A DNA stretch of 64,000 bases, taken from assembly GCA_010015805.1 (NCBI GenBank), contig ML978122.1, forward strand, positions 1,398,453 to 1,462,452, given 5' to 3'. This document shows, in pieces, positions 39,002 through 50,522 of the stretch. Each line of letters opens with the position of its first letter. The stretch's first letter is position 1. Below the pieces are notes generated by a model. The model did not search any database, was not told where the DNA came from, and saw nothing but the letters and a program-made list of their open reading frames with translations. The DNA is from Rhizodiscina lignyota. Lineage: Eukaryota. A program made the translations under genes and the position numbers.

Positions 39002-40956
39002 ATGTCAATGCAAATGGCCACTGGCCCCGTCCCGGCCTGGTTCGCCAACCTCCCCATCACCGACCCCCGCTGCGCGAATGACAGCTGCATCGCCTTCAAC
39101 AAGTCGCACATCGCCTCGCAAAAGGCGATCAGCTACGTAGCGCAGTACTACTATGGATGGTACATGTGCTGGATATACGCGCCCATCATCGCGTTCTTCT
39201 CTGTCGTCTTTTTCGCGCATTTGTACCTCGATCGAAGGCCTCGAAGCAAAGAGGTAGACAGAAGGGGGCCGGGGCTGTGGGACAAGACGGTAGCGTTGTT
39301 GCGGAGCTTTACTTATCGACGGCTTCCAGGAAAGATTGGGGTGTTTTTAGGACTTCCTTCGGCAGGAGTCTTGTTCCTGATCATGATTGCGGCTGTTGCG
39401 TCGATTGCGATGACGTTTACGGAGAGCCCGTACTACCGTGAGAAGCGTGGCTATGGCAGTCCACCGATCGCTGTGCGGACGGGTTTGATGTCGACGTCGT
39501 TGATACCGCTGCTGATTGCGCTCTCCGGAAAGGTGTGTATCCGATCTGAGAGTGTTCTTAAGACGGCTTAGAGCTGACATACAGTCAGGTCAACCTCATC
39601 ACAATGATCACCGGGTACGGCCACGAAAAGCTGAATGTGTTCCATCGAGCCATAGGTTGGCTCATGTTCATCCTCTCAGTGGTGCACACCATCCCATTCA
39701 TTTACTGCCAGCTCCACGAGTTCGGATATCCAGGCCTGAAGCGCCAGTTCTACAAGCCCGGCGCAATGGAGTACACCGGTGTGCCTCCGCTCGCAGTTGG
39801 GTTCTTCCTTTCGGTCTTTTCGATCCCTTGGGTGCGTTGTCTGGCGTACGAGCTGTTCGCGTATACACATATCGCGGCCGCTATTGCATTCCTCGGGACT
39901 TGCTTCTGGCATTTTGGCAACGAAGGTGACTCTTGGAACTATTTGTGGGCTACGATGGCGATATGGCTCGTGAACTGGTTGGGCCGCATGTTCTGGAAGT
40001 CAAGCGCCTTCAAAATCACGGACCCCTGGTTCCGGGGATGCCCCACGACCTTGAGGAGCTTAGGAGGAAATATGGTTCGCATGGACGTATTGGTACCAAG
40101 AAACTGGACTTGGAGGCCGGGGCAGCATGTCTTCTTAAGATTCCCGAGCATTGGAATTATGGAGAATCACCCCTTTACCATCTCTTCCATTCCTTCAATG
40201 GAGGCGACGGACCGAATTACGGAAAAGCCGGTATCAACTAGGGACGATGTAAATGTTCTTTCCTTCCTAGTTCGTCCTCAGTTGGGTTTCACGAAGCGCT
40301 TGCTTAAGAAGGTGATGTCCACTCCAGATATGCAAGCATCGGCAGTTGTGGACGGTCCATATGGAACAGTCCTAAGGAAATTGGAGAACGCATACGAAGA
40401 CGTGATCCTGGTTGCTGGGGGTGGCGGCATAAGTGCAATCCTCCCGCGAGCGCTACATCTTGCGAACTGCATGAGCGTCGAAACTCTTAATCGTGTGACG
40501 CAACGCGTGCGCGTTGTCTGGATGGTCAAGCATGCAGACGCCGTGCGATGGGCCTTGGATGATCTGGCTCATGCGGCACACGTTGCACCTTCCGGAGCCG
40601 TATCTGTGGAGATATTTGTTACGGAGGAGGCAGCGGACGATTCGGGGGTGACCAAATCCGTCCCAACAATCGACCAAATGCCGTCAAAGGAGATCGCTAC
40701 AGCTGGTACGGTTACCCCGCGCGACAGCGACAGTGACCATGTCGTCTCACACGCTCTTGTAAAACATTTCGAAGGCAGGCCATATTTACCGACTCTTATT
40801 CCCTCTATGTTAGGAGGTTCTCGGACGGCGATTATAGGGTGCGGGCCAGAGAGTTTGAAGATTGATCTGAGCAACGCATCAGCTGCTGCGCAGCGAAAAG
40901 TGCTCAATGGAGATGTCGTGGAGGTGATGTTACATACAGAAACATTTGATTGGTAG
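39002..40956 (+). CDS. Ferric/cupric reductase transmembrane component (FRE family)
   Basis: ALSGK-VN, HEKLNVFHR, heme-ligating His residues, WRPGQHVFLRF, HPFTISS, DGPYG, VAGGGGIS, CGP and HTETFDW. One intron. Confidence 0.93.
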
Positions 40957-41195
40957 TGTTTGTAGACCATACTCTCAGTCGCGTATATATTATGGCGAGT
41001 CGAAGCGTGCTCAGAAATCCATGGCATTCTGTTCCAGATAGGTTGAAACGAACGGTTTGTGAAAACCTTGTCCATGCGATGAATCGGACAAAGGTGTTAG
41101 CCAACAGAATGCGCGATAGCTCAGCCCGAGTCACTGATGGGATCGAGTCGTAAGACTAGTCCTGGCATCACGAAGTCCAGAGCACTCGGTAGTCA

Positions 41196-41837
41196 TCAGG
41201 ATTCAGGATCCTGCAATCCGCCTTTTGGAGGGCCGAATGAATGAAGCGGCCACAGAAACATGGTAACTTTGCCTTGTATGAGGGCAAGCGGAAGCGGACC
41301 GAAAATTCTCGAGTCTCTTGAAAATTTCTGGTTGTCCCCGGCGACAAAACAGTGTCCATCAGGAACCTGATGTCCAATTAGCTTTCTTTCTATGCATGCC
41401 ACCAAGAAATCCCATTAAAAACAGCGAAATAAGGAATCATGTGATGAAATGAGGAACGCTCTACTCACCTGCATCATCTGTCCTTCCAACTCCCCTCCCT
41501 TCGCGTCCGGGCTGCCGGCAAGAACAAAGTCTCCAGGCATTGCGATCACTCTTTTCAACCCGTAGTATGGCATGATAGGATGTTTGAAAGAGATCACATC
41601 GCCGACTTTGATGTTCCTGCCTCGCCTTTTGGTTTTGTCGAGCAGGATCCAGTCCCCATCATGGGCACTCGTTGGCAGCATGCTAATGCCATATGGGCTT
41701 ACGACGTCGAATCCATGTGAAAGGATGACATGTGTGACTATCCCAGCGCCAGCGAGACGCAGAACGATTTTTGGAACGATCCAGTTGCGGAGTGGATTAA
41801 GGCTGCGAATCTTTCCGAGGATGCTTCGTGTGGCCAT
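41196..41837 (-). CDS. IMP1: Mitochondrial inner membrane peptidase subunit (S26 family, Imp1-like)
   Basis: GISMLPT, LKRVIAMPGD and VPDGHCFVAGDN...SRDSRIFGPLPLALIQGKV. One intron. Confidence 0.88.
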
Positions 41838-44496
41838 GATGGCAATTCCGTGAAGAAACGAGCGGTGGATTGGCCTAACAATTCTTTGATCTAGTCCTAG
41901 AGGAATGACTCGACTGAGAAGTTTCTCGTAGGGCTTCTGTTGGCGATGAAGTTTGCGATGTCTCTGTAAATTTGCTGCATACGATAGCGCGATCAGAGCT
42001 GAAACAAGTGAAAGAAGGCTGTTCAATGGGTACTGGGTAGTAGCCAAAGTGCGCCTATAATCTCTCCTTCAACTCCTGCTACTCCCACGGTTTCCGAAGC
42101 CTGGAGCCGAGAGAGTCCTGAAGTCGTTCGAGAAAGCGAGGTCGTAGCCCTGTCTGCTCTAACCTGATTCCGTTACGGCTCATACAATCCCTGTCAAGTC
42201 AGTGCTTCTCTGCGGAGGCCAAATTCAAGTTGCATCGTCCTCATGTTTTCATGTCAAAACGGTGGGAAGAGTAGTTGAGCTAAGTGTCAATAACGGTGAG
42301 CTTGAACCAGTATTAGAGTCAGCTTTGAGATTCCTTCTGTTGTGGTACCACCCGTAGATGCACCTCGGTTCCCACTGAAGAAAAGGCTCCTTAAACTTAG
42401 CGAAATTATGCAATAAAAGTCTTCGATTTTCACGCACGACCTTCCCTATTTCAAGTGCATCTATGTATGTTACGAGAAGGCAGCTATACGGCTATGTGGG
42501 CGAAATTAAGCAAACATCCGCAAAGGTTTGATATCCAGTGTCCCAAACCCCGTTCTGCGACAGTCGTCTGTGCAGAAGGTGTGAAGGGCAATTCCAAGAT
42601 CGCCAGACGCGCTATATAAGTTTCAGAAATGTCTCGATGATCTTAATTTACCAAGGCATCGGCAACGGTCTTGCTCTCTGTGTATCTTTCCTCTGAAGGT
42701 CGCAGAGGCTCCATATTAACGTAGACCTAGTAGACTGACTCCTTGCCCGGCTGGAGAATAATTCCGTTTTGGACGTGGTTACTACAGTACAGTGCAGTTC
42801 TTCTTGATTGGTTCTACATATAACGGCAATTCTCGGGATAAGGGTTTCGGCTCTTGCTGCTGCTGCTAGACCTAGCATTGGGATGGTTCGACGAAGCTGC
42901 TGCATCGCGGACAGTGGCCGCTCATTTCCACTGTATAACTTGCTCTTGCTCTAGACTCGGCCCTTCAGTATGGACGAGATTCTGTACTATGATCCACGCC
43001 TTGTCGGCTCCTCAAAAATTGCTCTATTTAGTTGTAGCAGTGAGTTCCTCCAGAGGTGATATGACGACAGACGGTTGGATGAAAATCAGTACCAGATATG
43101 TGTGTAAACTATAGAATCGAGGAATAGAATCGGAGAATAAAAGGGATTGCGGGATCGTGCTACTGCATGCAATGCACGGCTTGATGCAGTCGAAGAATCA
43201 ATGCGTCCTCGGCCATACATAACGAGCGAGGGCTTGCAACTCCGAGCTTCTGAAGCGAATATTTGCTTTTAACTCAGTCATTTTAGCCAGTGGGTGCAAC
43301 GAGTCAACGACGCTGTGAAGCTCCTTTTCTGAGCTAAATACAGACCAAGATGGATTAGGAGAGGGAGCATGAATCGAGTCTGGACCTCCTCGTATCTCCA
43401 AGCTCATCTTATCGACATGCATGGAGCCCACGTGCAGACGGTGCAGGGCTGCATTTTATCCACGGGGGTGGAGACTTCTAAACGAGTACTCCGTGTGTAC
43501 CGCGTGATTGTGCAAAGCTCTGCGAGAGGGTAAGTAGACAGGCCGGCCGCAATGGCGCGAGATCTGCTCTGTTGATTGTTTATGTTGACCTGTCATTTCA
43601 GCCAGTCCAGCGGCTCATGCATTGATGAGGAAGGAGGCTGGTAGATGAATGTCCTGGGGTACCGCAGCTGACGATTAATATAGCATGGATGCTCCGTGTG
43701 CATGAGAGAGGGGGCTTAGAGAAAGCAGAGACAGTGCCAGCAAATTGGAGCATTGAGAACAGCACAGAATGTGGCTATGGGGCTTCATGCCTCTACAGCG
43801 CAGAACAGAGTCAGCGGAATGTCCGTTCGTGTGAGCGAGTGGGAGGTACTGGGTACGGGGCGAGACAGGACAGGGGAGCGGCGGCGTCGAAGGAATGAAC
43901 GCCAGCGGCGCTGCAGGGCTCTGAGGGCAGGTGCAAGGGAAAGCGCATGCGCCTGCCCTGCGTGCCCAATCACGGCGCCCGAAAGGGGAAGGCGCTGGGG
44001 GAGCACTCGGGGTCCTTAGTGCAGGCGGGAGCAGGAAAGAACTGCTGCTGCACTTCACCTGCCCATTCACCTTCACGCCGAGTACAATGGCAACGCCGCC
44101 CTAAAGAGAGCCGGGCCCCCGCTGCTCCTCTCTGCCACCGAGTGTGTTGACGACGCGCTGGATTGAGCATTCGGGGAATGTCGATCTGACGAGCTGAGGC
44201 TTTGCATCATTGCTCTCCTCCCTACCCAGGGCGACAACCTGGAACTTCGACGCTCCTCAACACTCGCTCCGCGCCCGAAACACTGCCAACGCTGCGAGCA
44301 ACATAGCGCCCGCTCCGCCGGAAGAGCGGATTTGCTTGCTTCTTTTCTCCTCACACCAAAGCAACCGCAACTCTGTCTCAGGCGCTGCGTTCCCCACTCA
44401 CGCAGCTCGTGGAACACACCTTCAGCTGGCGACCAGGTTCTTAAGACAGTAGAATATGTCGCAGCTGGTCTCTTCACCTGCCCCAACACACTCACG

Positions 44497-45597
44497 ATGA
44501 TGTCTTCAGCGCCTGTCGAGGAGCTGCAGACTCCGCCTGCAACACCTCCGAACAAGTTCCTTGAGACAAAGATGCCGGAGCCTACGACTCCATCGAATGC
44601 AGCGCTCAGAGCGCTCACCAGACTCAATATCCAAGACGCCGAGGGCGAATACACTTCTCCAGAATCACGCCAGTCCCGACCGTACGCTCCTCGATGTGCA
44701 ACAGACCCTAGTACTACGGCCTCTCCGCCACAGCCACCACGTTCACCGCGAAATCGATCACCTCTTAGCCGCTCGCACAATCGCTCCCAGTCTACAAATA
44801 GTCCACTGATGGCACCGCCGATGGTGCGTGCGCACTCGTCACCCTCCTACATGACTTCTTCGAACGCACGTTCAACTTCACCACTACGATCCCCACGCCG
44901 TGTGCGATCTCCCTTCCGCATACCAACTGAAGACGAACCCTCGGTTGTCGCTTCACCTTCCGCAATGTACGACATCGAAGTCATTTCTGAAGATTCGGAG
45001 CTGGATCTCACACCGCGCGCCCTCACGGCCGACAAGCCTATCCAGACGTACCTCTCGCCATCACCAAGCTTGAGCCCTCACTTTACCATCAACCCTGGAA
45101 ACACATTTCCTGGCAGTCGCAGACGACGGCCCGCCTCTCCACTTCATCAAGTGGCTAACGCAACGTTTCCATCCAGCAGCAATAGTGCAGAGAAATCGTC
45201 GGCGCAAAGCTCTCCGCTACTCGGCCCTGCAAAGTTCAACGAGTCGTTTCCTGGCGAGATCCCACTCCGACACGCACGCTCTTTCTCCTCATCTAGTGTG
45301 CCTTCCACGCCTACTTCCGCTCGATCACGGAGTCCGTCCATCTCGAGCTTGGAAACGATCCCAGACACGCCAGATGCTGAAGAAGCAGCTGCCGAGGCAG
45401 ACAGGATTGCAAGATTGAGGGCCCCAAGCGATGGCGAGGGAGGAGGAATCAGGCGTGGCAGTTTGGATATTCCAGGGCAGCGAAGCGGGGCAGTAGGATT
45501 TGGATTTGGCACAGCGAAAGATAAGAGGAAGAGGTGGAGTGTCTGCGGAGCAGAGAGCAGGCGAGACTTGGACTTGGAGACGATATGGGAGGATTGA
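44497..45597 (+). CDS. Ser/Pro/Arg-rich conserved fungal protein of unknown function
   Basis: Long ORF ending in the motif KRKRWSVCGAESRRDLDLETIWED, recalled from conserved fungal hypothetical proteins. Confidence 0.75.
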   Translation: MMSSAPVEELQTPPATPPNKFLETKMPEPTTPSNAALRALTRLNIQDAEGEYTSPESRQSRPYAPRCATDPSTTASPPQPPRSPRNRSPLSRSHNRSQSTNSPLMAPPMVRAHSSPSYMTSSNARSTSPLRSPRRVRSPFRIPTEDEPSVVASPSAMYDIEVISEDSELDLTPRALTADKPIQTYLSPSPSLSPHFTINPGNTFPGSRRRRPASPLHQVANATFPSSSNSAEKSSAQSSPLLGPAKFNESFPGEIPLRHARSFSSSSVPSTPTSARSRSPSISSLETIPDTPDAEEAAAEADRIARLRAPSDGEGGGIRRGSLDIPGQRSGAVGFGFGTAKDKRKRWSVCGAESRRDLDLETIWED

Positions 45598-46434
45598 GAG
45601 TACTGCACAGCGACTAATTCTCGACAATCGTTTCAATAGCGGACTGGCGGCATTAGTTTCTTTGAAAGACGACTCTCACTCTACGAGGAGGACCAGCATA
45701 CCACGACATTCATAAGCGGCGTTTTCAAGGTGGATGGAATTTCAAATTTCTTCGGACAGGCACGCACACGTGGGACGACGATCAATCACGTCCCGTGATA
45801 CCCATACTGTATTTTGTAGCGAGAAATGGGGACGAAGCTTGGAAAGAACGACATGAGCTTTTTGGAATTCTTGCATGGCTAACAACGGTGGATATATTAT
45901 GACGAGAGCATGAGTTGCAGACGCAGCAAGGGAACTATACACATGGTAGTAAAACAGAGGCATGCGGCCAGCCCGCAAGGTATCCCTCAATTAGCAATTC
46001 TCAATTGCACATTACTCGACGTCTCTCTCACACTGTCTGTTACCCAACTGGCTCTGTGTTCTGTGTGTTTCTTAGCTTCTGTGGTTCCTCCTGACTTCCA
46101 CACTATTCTGAACATAATCGCCTCCCACTGGTCCTCTCTGACGACACAACTTCCGCAATTTCCGCATTCAACACAACGCTCTCACATTGACCCTTCTTCT
46201 GGAAATCGCTCCACAATCTTACCATCAATCCAGCACAACTCCTACCAACCCTTCCATGACGGCGTCTCCGAGACACCCTGCAATCGAGTCCCACCTCCCC
46301 CAAGACACATTCCGAGCTCCCATTCAATCATGTGAGTGTTTGTTCCCTGATTTATCTCCTCGTCACTGCCGTCTTGCTTATGTATCCACCAAGACTCCAC
46401 TTACTCTATTCCAGCACTCAAACCCTCCCTCCAA

Positions 46435-46764
46435 ATGGCCGACTTTGGAGACGTAGTCCTCGGAGTCCTCCAGGACACAATTGTGCAATACATCAATGAC
46501 CACCAAATCCATGACCAATTCTACGAATATATGTGTATTACCTATGTGATACCGTTCCTCGATGCTTCGATGGCCACATGGATGCTTGACATTACCTGCC
46601 GGATGCTCTTCGATAAGCCGAGTGTGCAGAAATGGGAGTGCTATCTTCTCGCCGGAGGGATAGTTGCGCTTGCGATGAGGTTAGGGAGGTGGGTGAATAG
46701 GACCTTTGCTGTGTGGTTAGAGGATGGTGCCTTGGATATACTGGGCTTTGGGGCGGAGCAATAG
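46435..46764 (+). CDS. Small hypothetical protein
   Basis: 109-aa ATG-initiated ORF with a hydrophobic segment; no recognisable motif. Confidence 0.3.
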   Translation: MADFGDVVLGVLQDTIVQYINDHQIHDQFYEYMCITYVIPFLDASMATWMLDITCRMLFDKPSVQKWECYLLAGGIVALAMRLGRWVNRTFAVWLEDGALDILGFGAEQ

Positions 46765-47046
46765 GATAAAGGGCTGTGAGGTTGTATAGCCTGTTCAGTC
46801 AACAAGAATCATGTTCAGCGAAGCCCTGCAGCGTCCACAGACGGCCTCAAGACCCGAACAGATCAAGCTTTCAGAGATGATCGAATGTATCTCGAAGAGA
46901 ATATCTCGTTCACACTATACCCGTTCGATCTCATCGCGGCCAAATATTCTGTTCTTCCTCGAGCCTGGCAACGGTCGAAAATAGCACTCTGGAATCGAAA
47001 GGAACGGGCTGGCACGGCACATTAAAGCAGGACAACAAACCGATAA

Positions 47047-48016
47047 CTAAAGCTTCGACTTCGACTTCCCAGTCCTATCCAAAAACGCTTTCACCATCGC
47101 CTTCGCATCGTCGCTATTCAGCCTCACCTTCAAGTCATGCCCCTCCAGTACACTCGCCTCCCTCTGCCTCGCTATATCCGTCGGCTTATTCACCAACGCC
47201 TTACACATCCTCAGCGCCTCCGCGTTAAACGTTCCAATCCTCTTCGCCTTCTCGCACACCGCGTCCACAAACTCCGCCTGCTCCCCTGGAATTACTTCCG
47301 TCACCAGCCCGCTGACGTACATCTCCTGCGCGCTTAGTTTTTCCGCAGCGAGCAGCAGGCGGTTCGCGTGCTGCTTGCCCATCACCTTGGGGAAGGTGTA
47401 GGACGATGCGCCCTCGGGCACGAACGCCATGCTCATGAAGGGCGTTTGGAAGATTGCGCGTTGGGAGGCGTACACGAGGTCGAAGTTGAAGAGCTGCGTG
47501 CAGCCCCAGCCGATTGCGGCGCCGTTTACGGCGGCTATGAGGACTTTGGGGTAGCCGACGAGACTGGCGTGGATTTAGTTGGGATGAAAATGAGATGCAT
47601 GCCCGAAAGGTTGGTGGGGACTGACACGTCTGCGAGGCCTCTGCCGGCTTCGATTTCCTGCTCGATCGTGGGGCCTTTTCCAGGCGGCGTGAGGACTTTG
47701 CCTACGTAATTTGTCAATTGTTGCGTTTTACTTTCGATGAATAATTAGAACGAATCACCTGCACAATAGTGTTTTCCTTTCCCGGTCCTATAAGGATAAG
47801 AAACGAGACTCTTTCAAAACGTAGAATTCATAAACCTTACAGCGCTACAACCCGAACATCTTTCTCATCTCTCGCCCATACCAACGCATCCCGAAGATTG
47901 TGATACTGCTCTAGCGTGAAGGCATTGGAGATCTTCGGCTGGTTGTAGCTGAAGAGCACTGCGCCTGGCGATATTCGGTCAATGACTATTGTTTGGAGAG
48001 TAGGTTGCGGCGCCAT
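47047..48016 (-). CDS. Peroxisomal delta3,delta2-enoyl-CoA isomerase (crotonase family)
   Basis: NQPKISNAF, PKVLIAAVNGAAIGWG and FQTPFMSMAFVPEGASSYTF; C-terminal PTS1 -SKL. Several short introns. Confidence 0.88.
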
Positions 48017-48920
48017 TGAGATCTTAACATATTATATAGCAAACAAACGATCCAAGGCTTCTCCATTTCCAATATAAATGCTCGAAATGCGGCAATCCTC
48101 GGTCAAATAACGGCTCTGCCTCCAGAGGATGTGATGTGTTCCCCCAGTCTTCCCCGCATTTTCAGGGGCGGTGATATGGAACCCCCAGGCAGGACATCTC
48201 AATCGTTTCGTACCTACCAACGCAATTGCTCGACTCTCGAGGCCCAAAGAATACCACAGCAGCCAGTTCAACACCAAACGAGCTACCTTATCTTCAAACA
48301 CTGGAGGTACATGCGTAGCCAAGCAAACTCAGAATGCTCCGCTACATATCCTGACGGTAGCGGTCGAACTTCGCTTGTTGCTGGAGAACGCATTAAAGTC
48401 GCCTCTGCGACATTGGAACACACACTTACAGAACAGTTCGATCCAAAGAAAGCTCTCTTTAACCTTGACGAAAGTTTGCTCCGAACTTCTAAAATATTCT
48501 GGTGAGAGTCTTCGCGTCATGTGTGACACATCCGCGCACACTTCATCCAACTCGTCAGAATTCCCGCCCTATATGTGCTACCTCTACCAGTAACGCCTCA
48601 TTCAAGAGTACTATATATACACACTGCCATCAGAAGAATTGTTTCGTTCAACTGAACAGGTAAAAATCTATTTCCGGACACGTGATTGGGTACGCGAAAA
48701 CATTTCCAAGTCCAGTCTTTTCGTCCACAATGTACGGCCGGATATCTGGACCCGGATACTCGAGGTCACAATAGATCCTGCGCTGAGTGCAGTGCACAAC
48801 ACATTTATACCGGCCATGTCATGCTCCATAGAACTCGCATCATATTCAATCGTCTCAATAAACCTATGTCCAATATCTCAACTAATTATTCCCACGATAT
48901 AATTCATCTTCAATCACAAC

Positions 48921-49767
48921 ATGGCCTCCAAAGTCGCCTTGATCACCGGAGGAGGTTGGTTATCCCTTCTTAGGTTCACCAACTTTAATATAGTATAAAA
49001 TTGACCTTCTCGCAGCCTCCGGCATGGGCCTTGAAGTAGCGCGTTCCCTCTCCTCGGAAGGATGGAGACTCTCAATTCTCGACATGAACCAAGAGAGCGG
49101 CGAGAAAGTCGCAAAGAGCCTGGATGCCAAATTCTACAAAGTTAACGTGACCAACTACGACGAGCTCGCTGATGCCTTTGAAGCAACATGGCAAGAGCAT
49201 GGGCGCCTCGACTTCGTCTTCGCGAACGCCGGCATTGCGGGAGACGAGTCCTTCTACAGCCACCCAGAGCTCGACAGCAAAGGACGGCCCAAGAAGCCGA
49301 ACCTGCTGGTCACGGCCATTAACATCGACGGTGTTATTAGCACGTGCTGGCTCGCCCAGCACTACTTCCGCATGAACAAGAAGCCGCTCGGCGGCGTCAT
49401 CGTCATCACAGCGTCTTGCGGCGGTATCTATCCAGTGCCCATCAGCCCAATCTACGGCGCATCGAAGCATGCAATGGTCGGGTTCATGCGTAGTATCGCG
49501 CCGCGGATGATCAAGGACAGCATTCGGGTGAACTGCATCTGCCCTGGGACGGTTAGGACGGGCCTGCTAAGTAAGGAGGGCTGGGAGACGTATCCGAACG
49601 AGGCTTTTACGCCTATTGAAAAGGTCGTGGAGGTAGTGAACTTGTTCGTCGAGGACGAGACGCTGTACGGCAAGGCAGCTGAGATTATTAAGAACAAGCA
49701 TTATTGGCAGGACGCGCCCCCTTACTCGGACGAGTGGATGGCGTTGACGATGAAGGCTTGTGATTAG
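48921..49767 (+). CDS. Short-chain dehydrogenase/reductase (15-hydroxyprostaglandin dehydrogenase-like)
   Basis: VALITGG-ASGMG across an intron, FANAGI, YGASKH (YxxxK) and IRVNCICPG. Confidence 0.92.
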
Positions 49768-50522
49768 CTTTAATGTTCAACTTGTCTCTGTTAAATACTT
49801 CCTCATTTAAGGGATATGCATTTATAGAGGGTTTGGTAAGCTTCAGGATCTAGATCTGGGCACCAATATAGCATTCTGAACCCCCCTGCCTCCGTGCGAA
49901 AGAGGTGATTTCCAGCGAGCCAACAGTCTACAGAACCACTCCATTAACAGTCGCCTTCAGCTCTTTCAAGCAGAGCCTGCATATGAGTGAGTTCACATTC
50001 GAGATTGTTCGAGAGCAGTTTGCTAGGCCTGCCTCAGGAGATTTGTCTTTCGTTGTTACCGAAAAGAGGCACCTTTGCAGATCTCATACGCTCACGAGAA
50101 ACTAGCTCCTTTGTACAATGGGCGTCAAAGCGGTGCTTCAGAAAGCATGAATGGAGAGTCGGCTTGGATACAGTTAGCATCAGCTCGAACGTAACAACAA
50201 TAACGTCTGTGGAAGGAGAGGTGCCCTCACGGGTGTCTCCTGCGATACTGCCTTTCCACAAGCCATTTGATTCATCCCGGGATCTGCACAATAAAACTTG
50301 GAGAGAAGCTTGACGTTCTCATATACGCGCGTTGTACTGTGGACGACGTGCTCAGCTTCCTTCTATGGTTTATAGTCAAAGGCATCTCTGAACAAATCAC
50401 GTTACACCAGTTGGAAGAGCAGAACGAATAAAATCAGAATTTAAGAGCATCCAGCTTCATTCATTCGGTATCACGTAGCTATGTAAGCTACTCGAATCTC
50501 CCCTTGCTCACACCCGCCATCA

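Noticed and set aside
47047..49767. Enoyl-CoA isomerase/SDR pair as RiPP tailoring genes
   Set aside because: Separated from the cluster by PRP22. The isomerase has a peroxisomal PTS1, consistent with fatty-acid metabolism.
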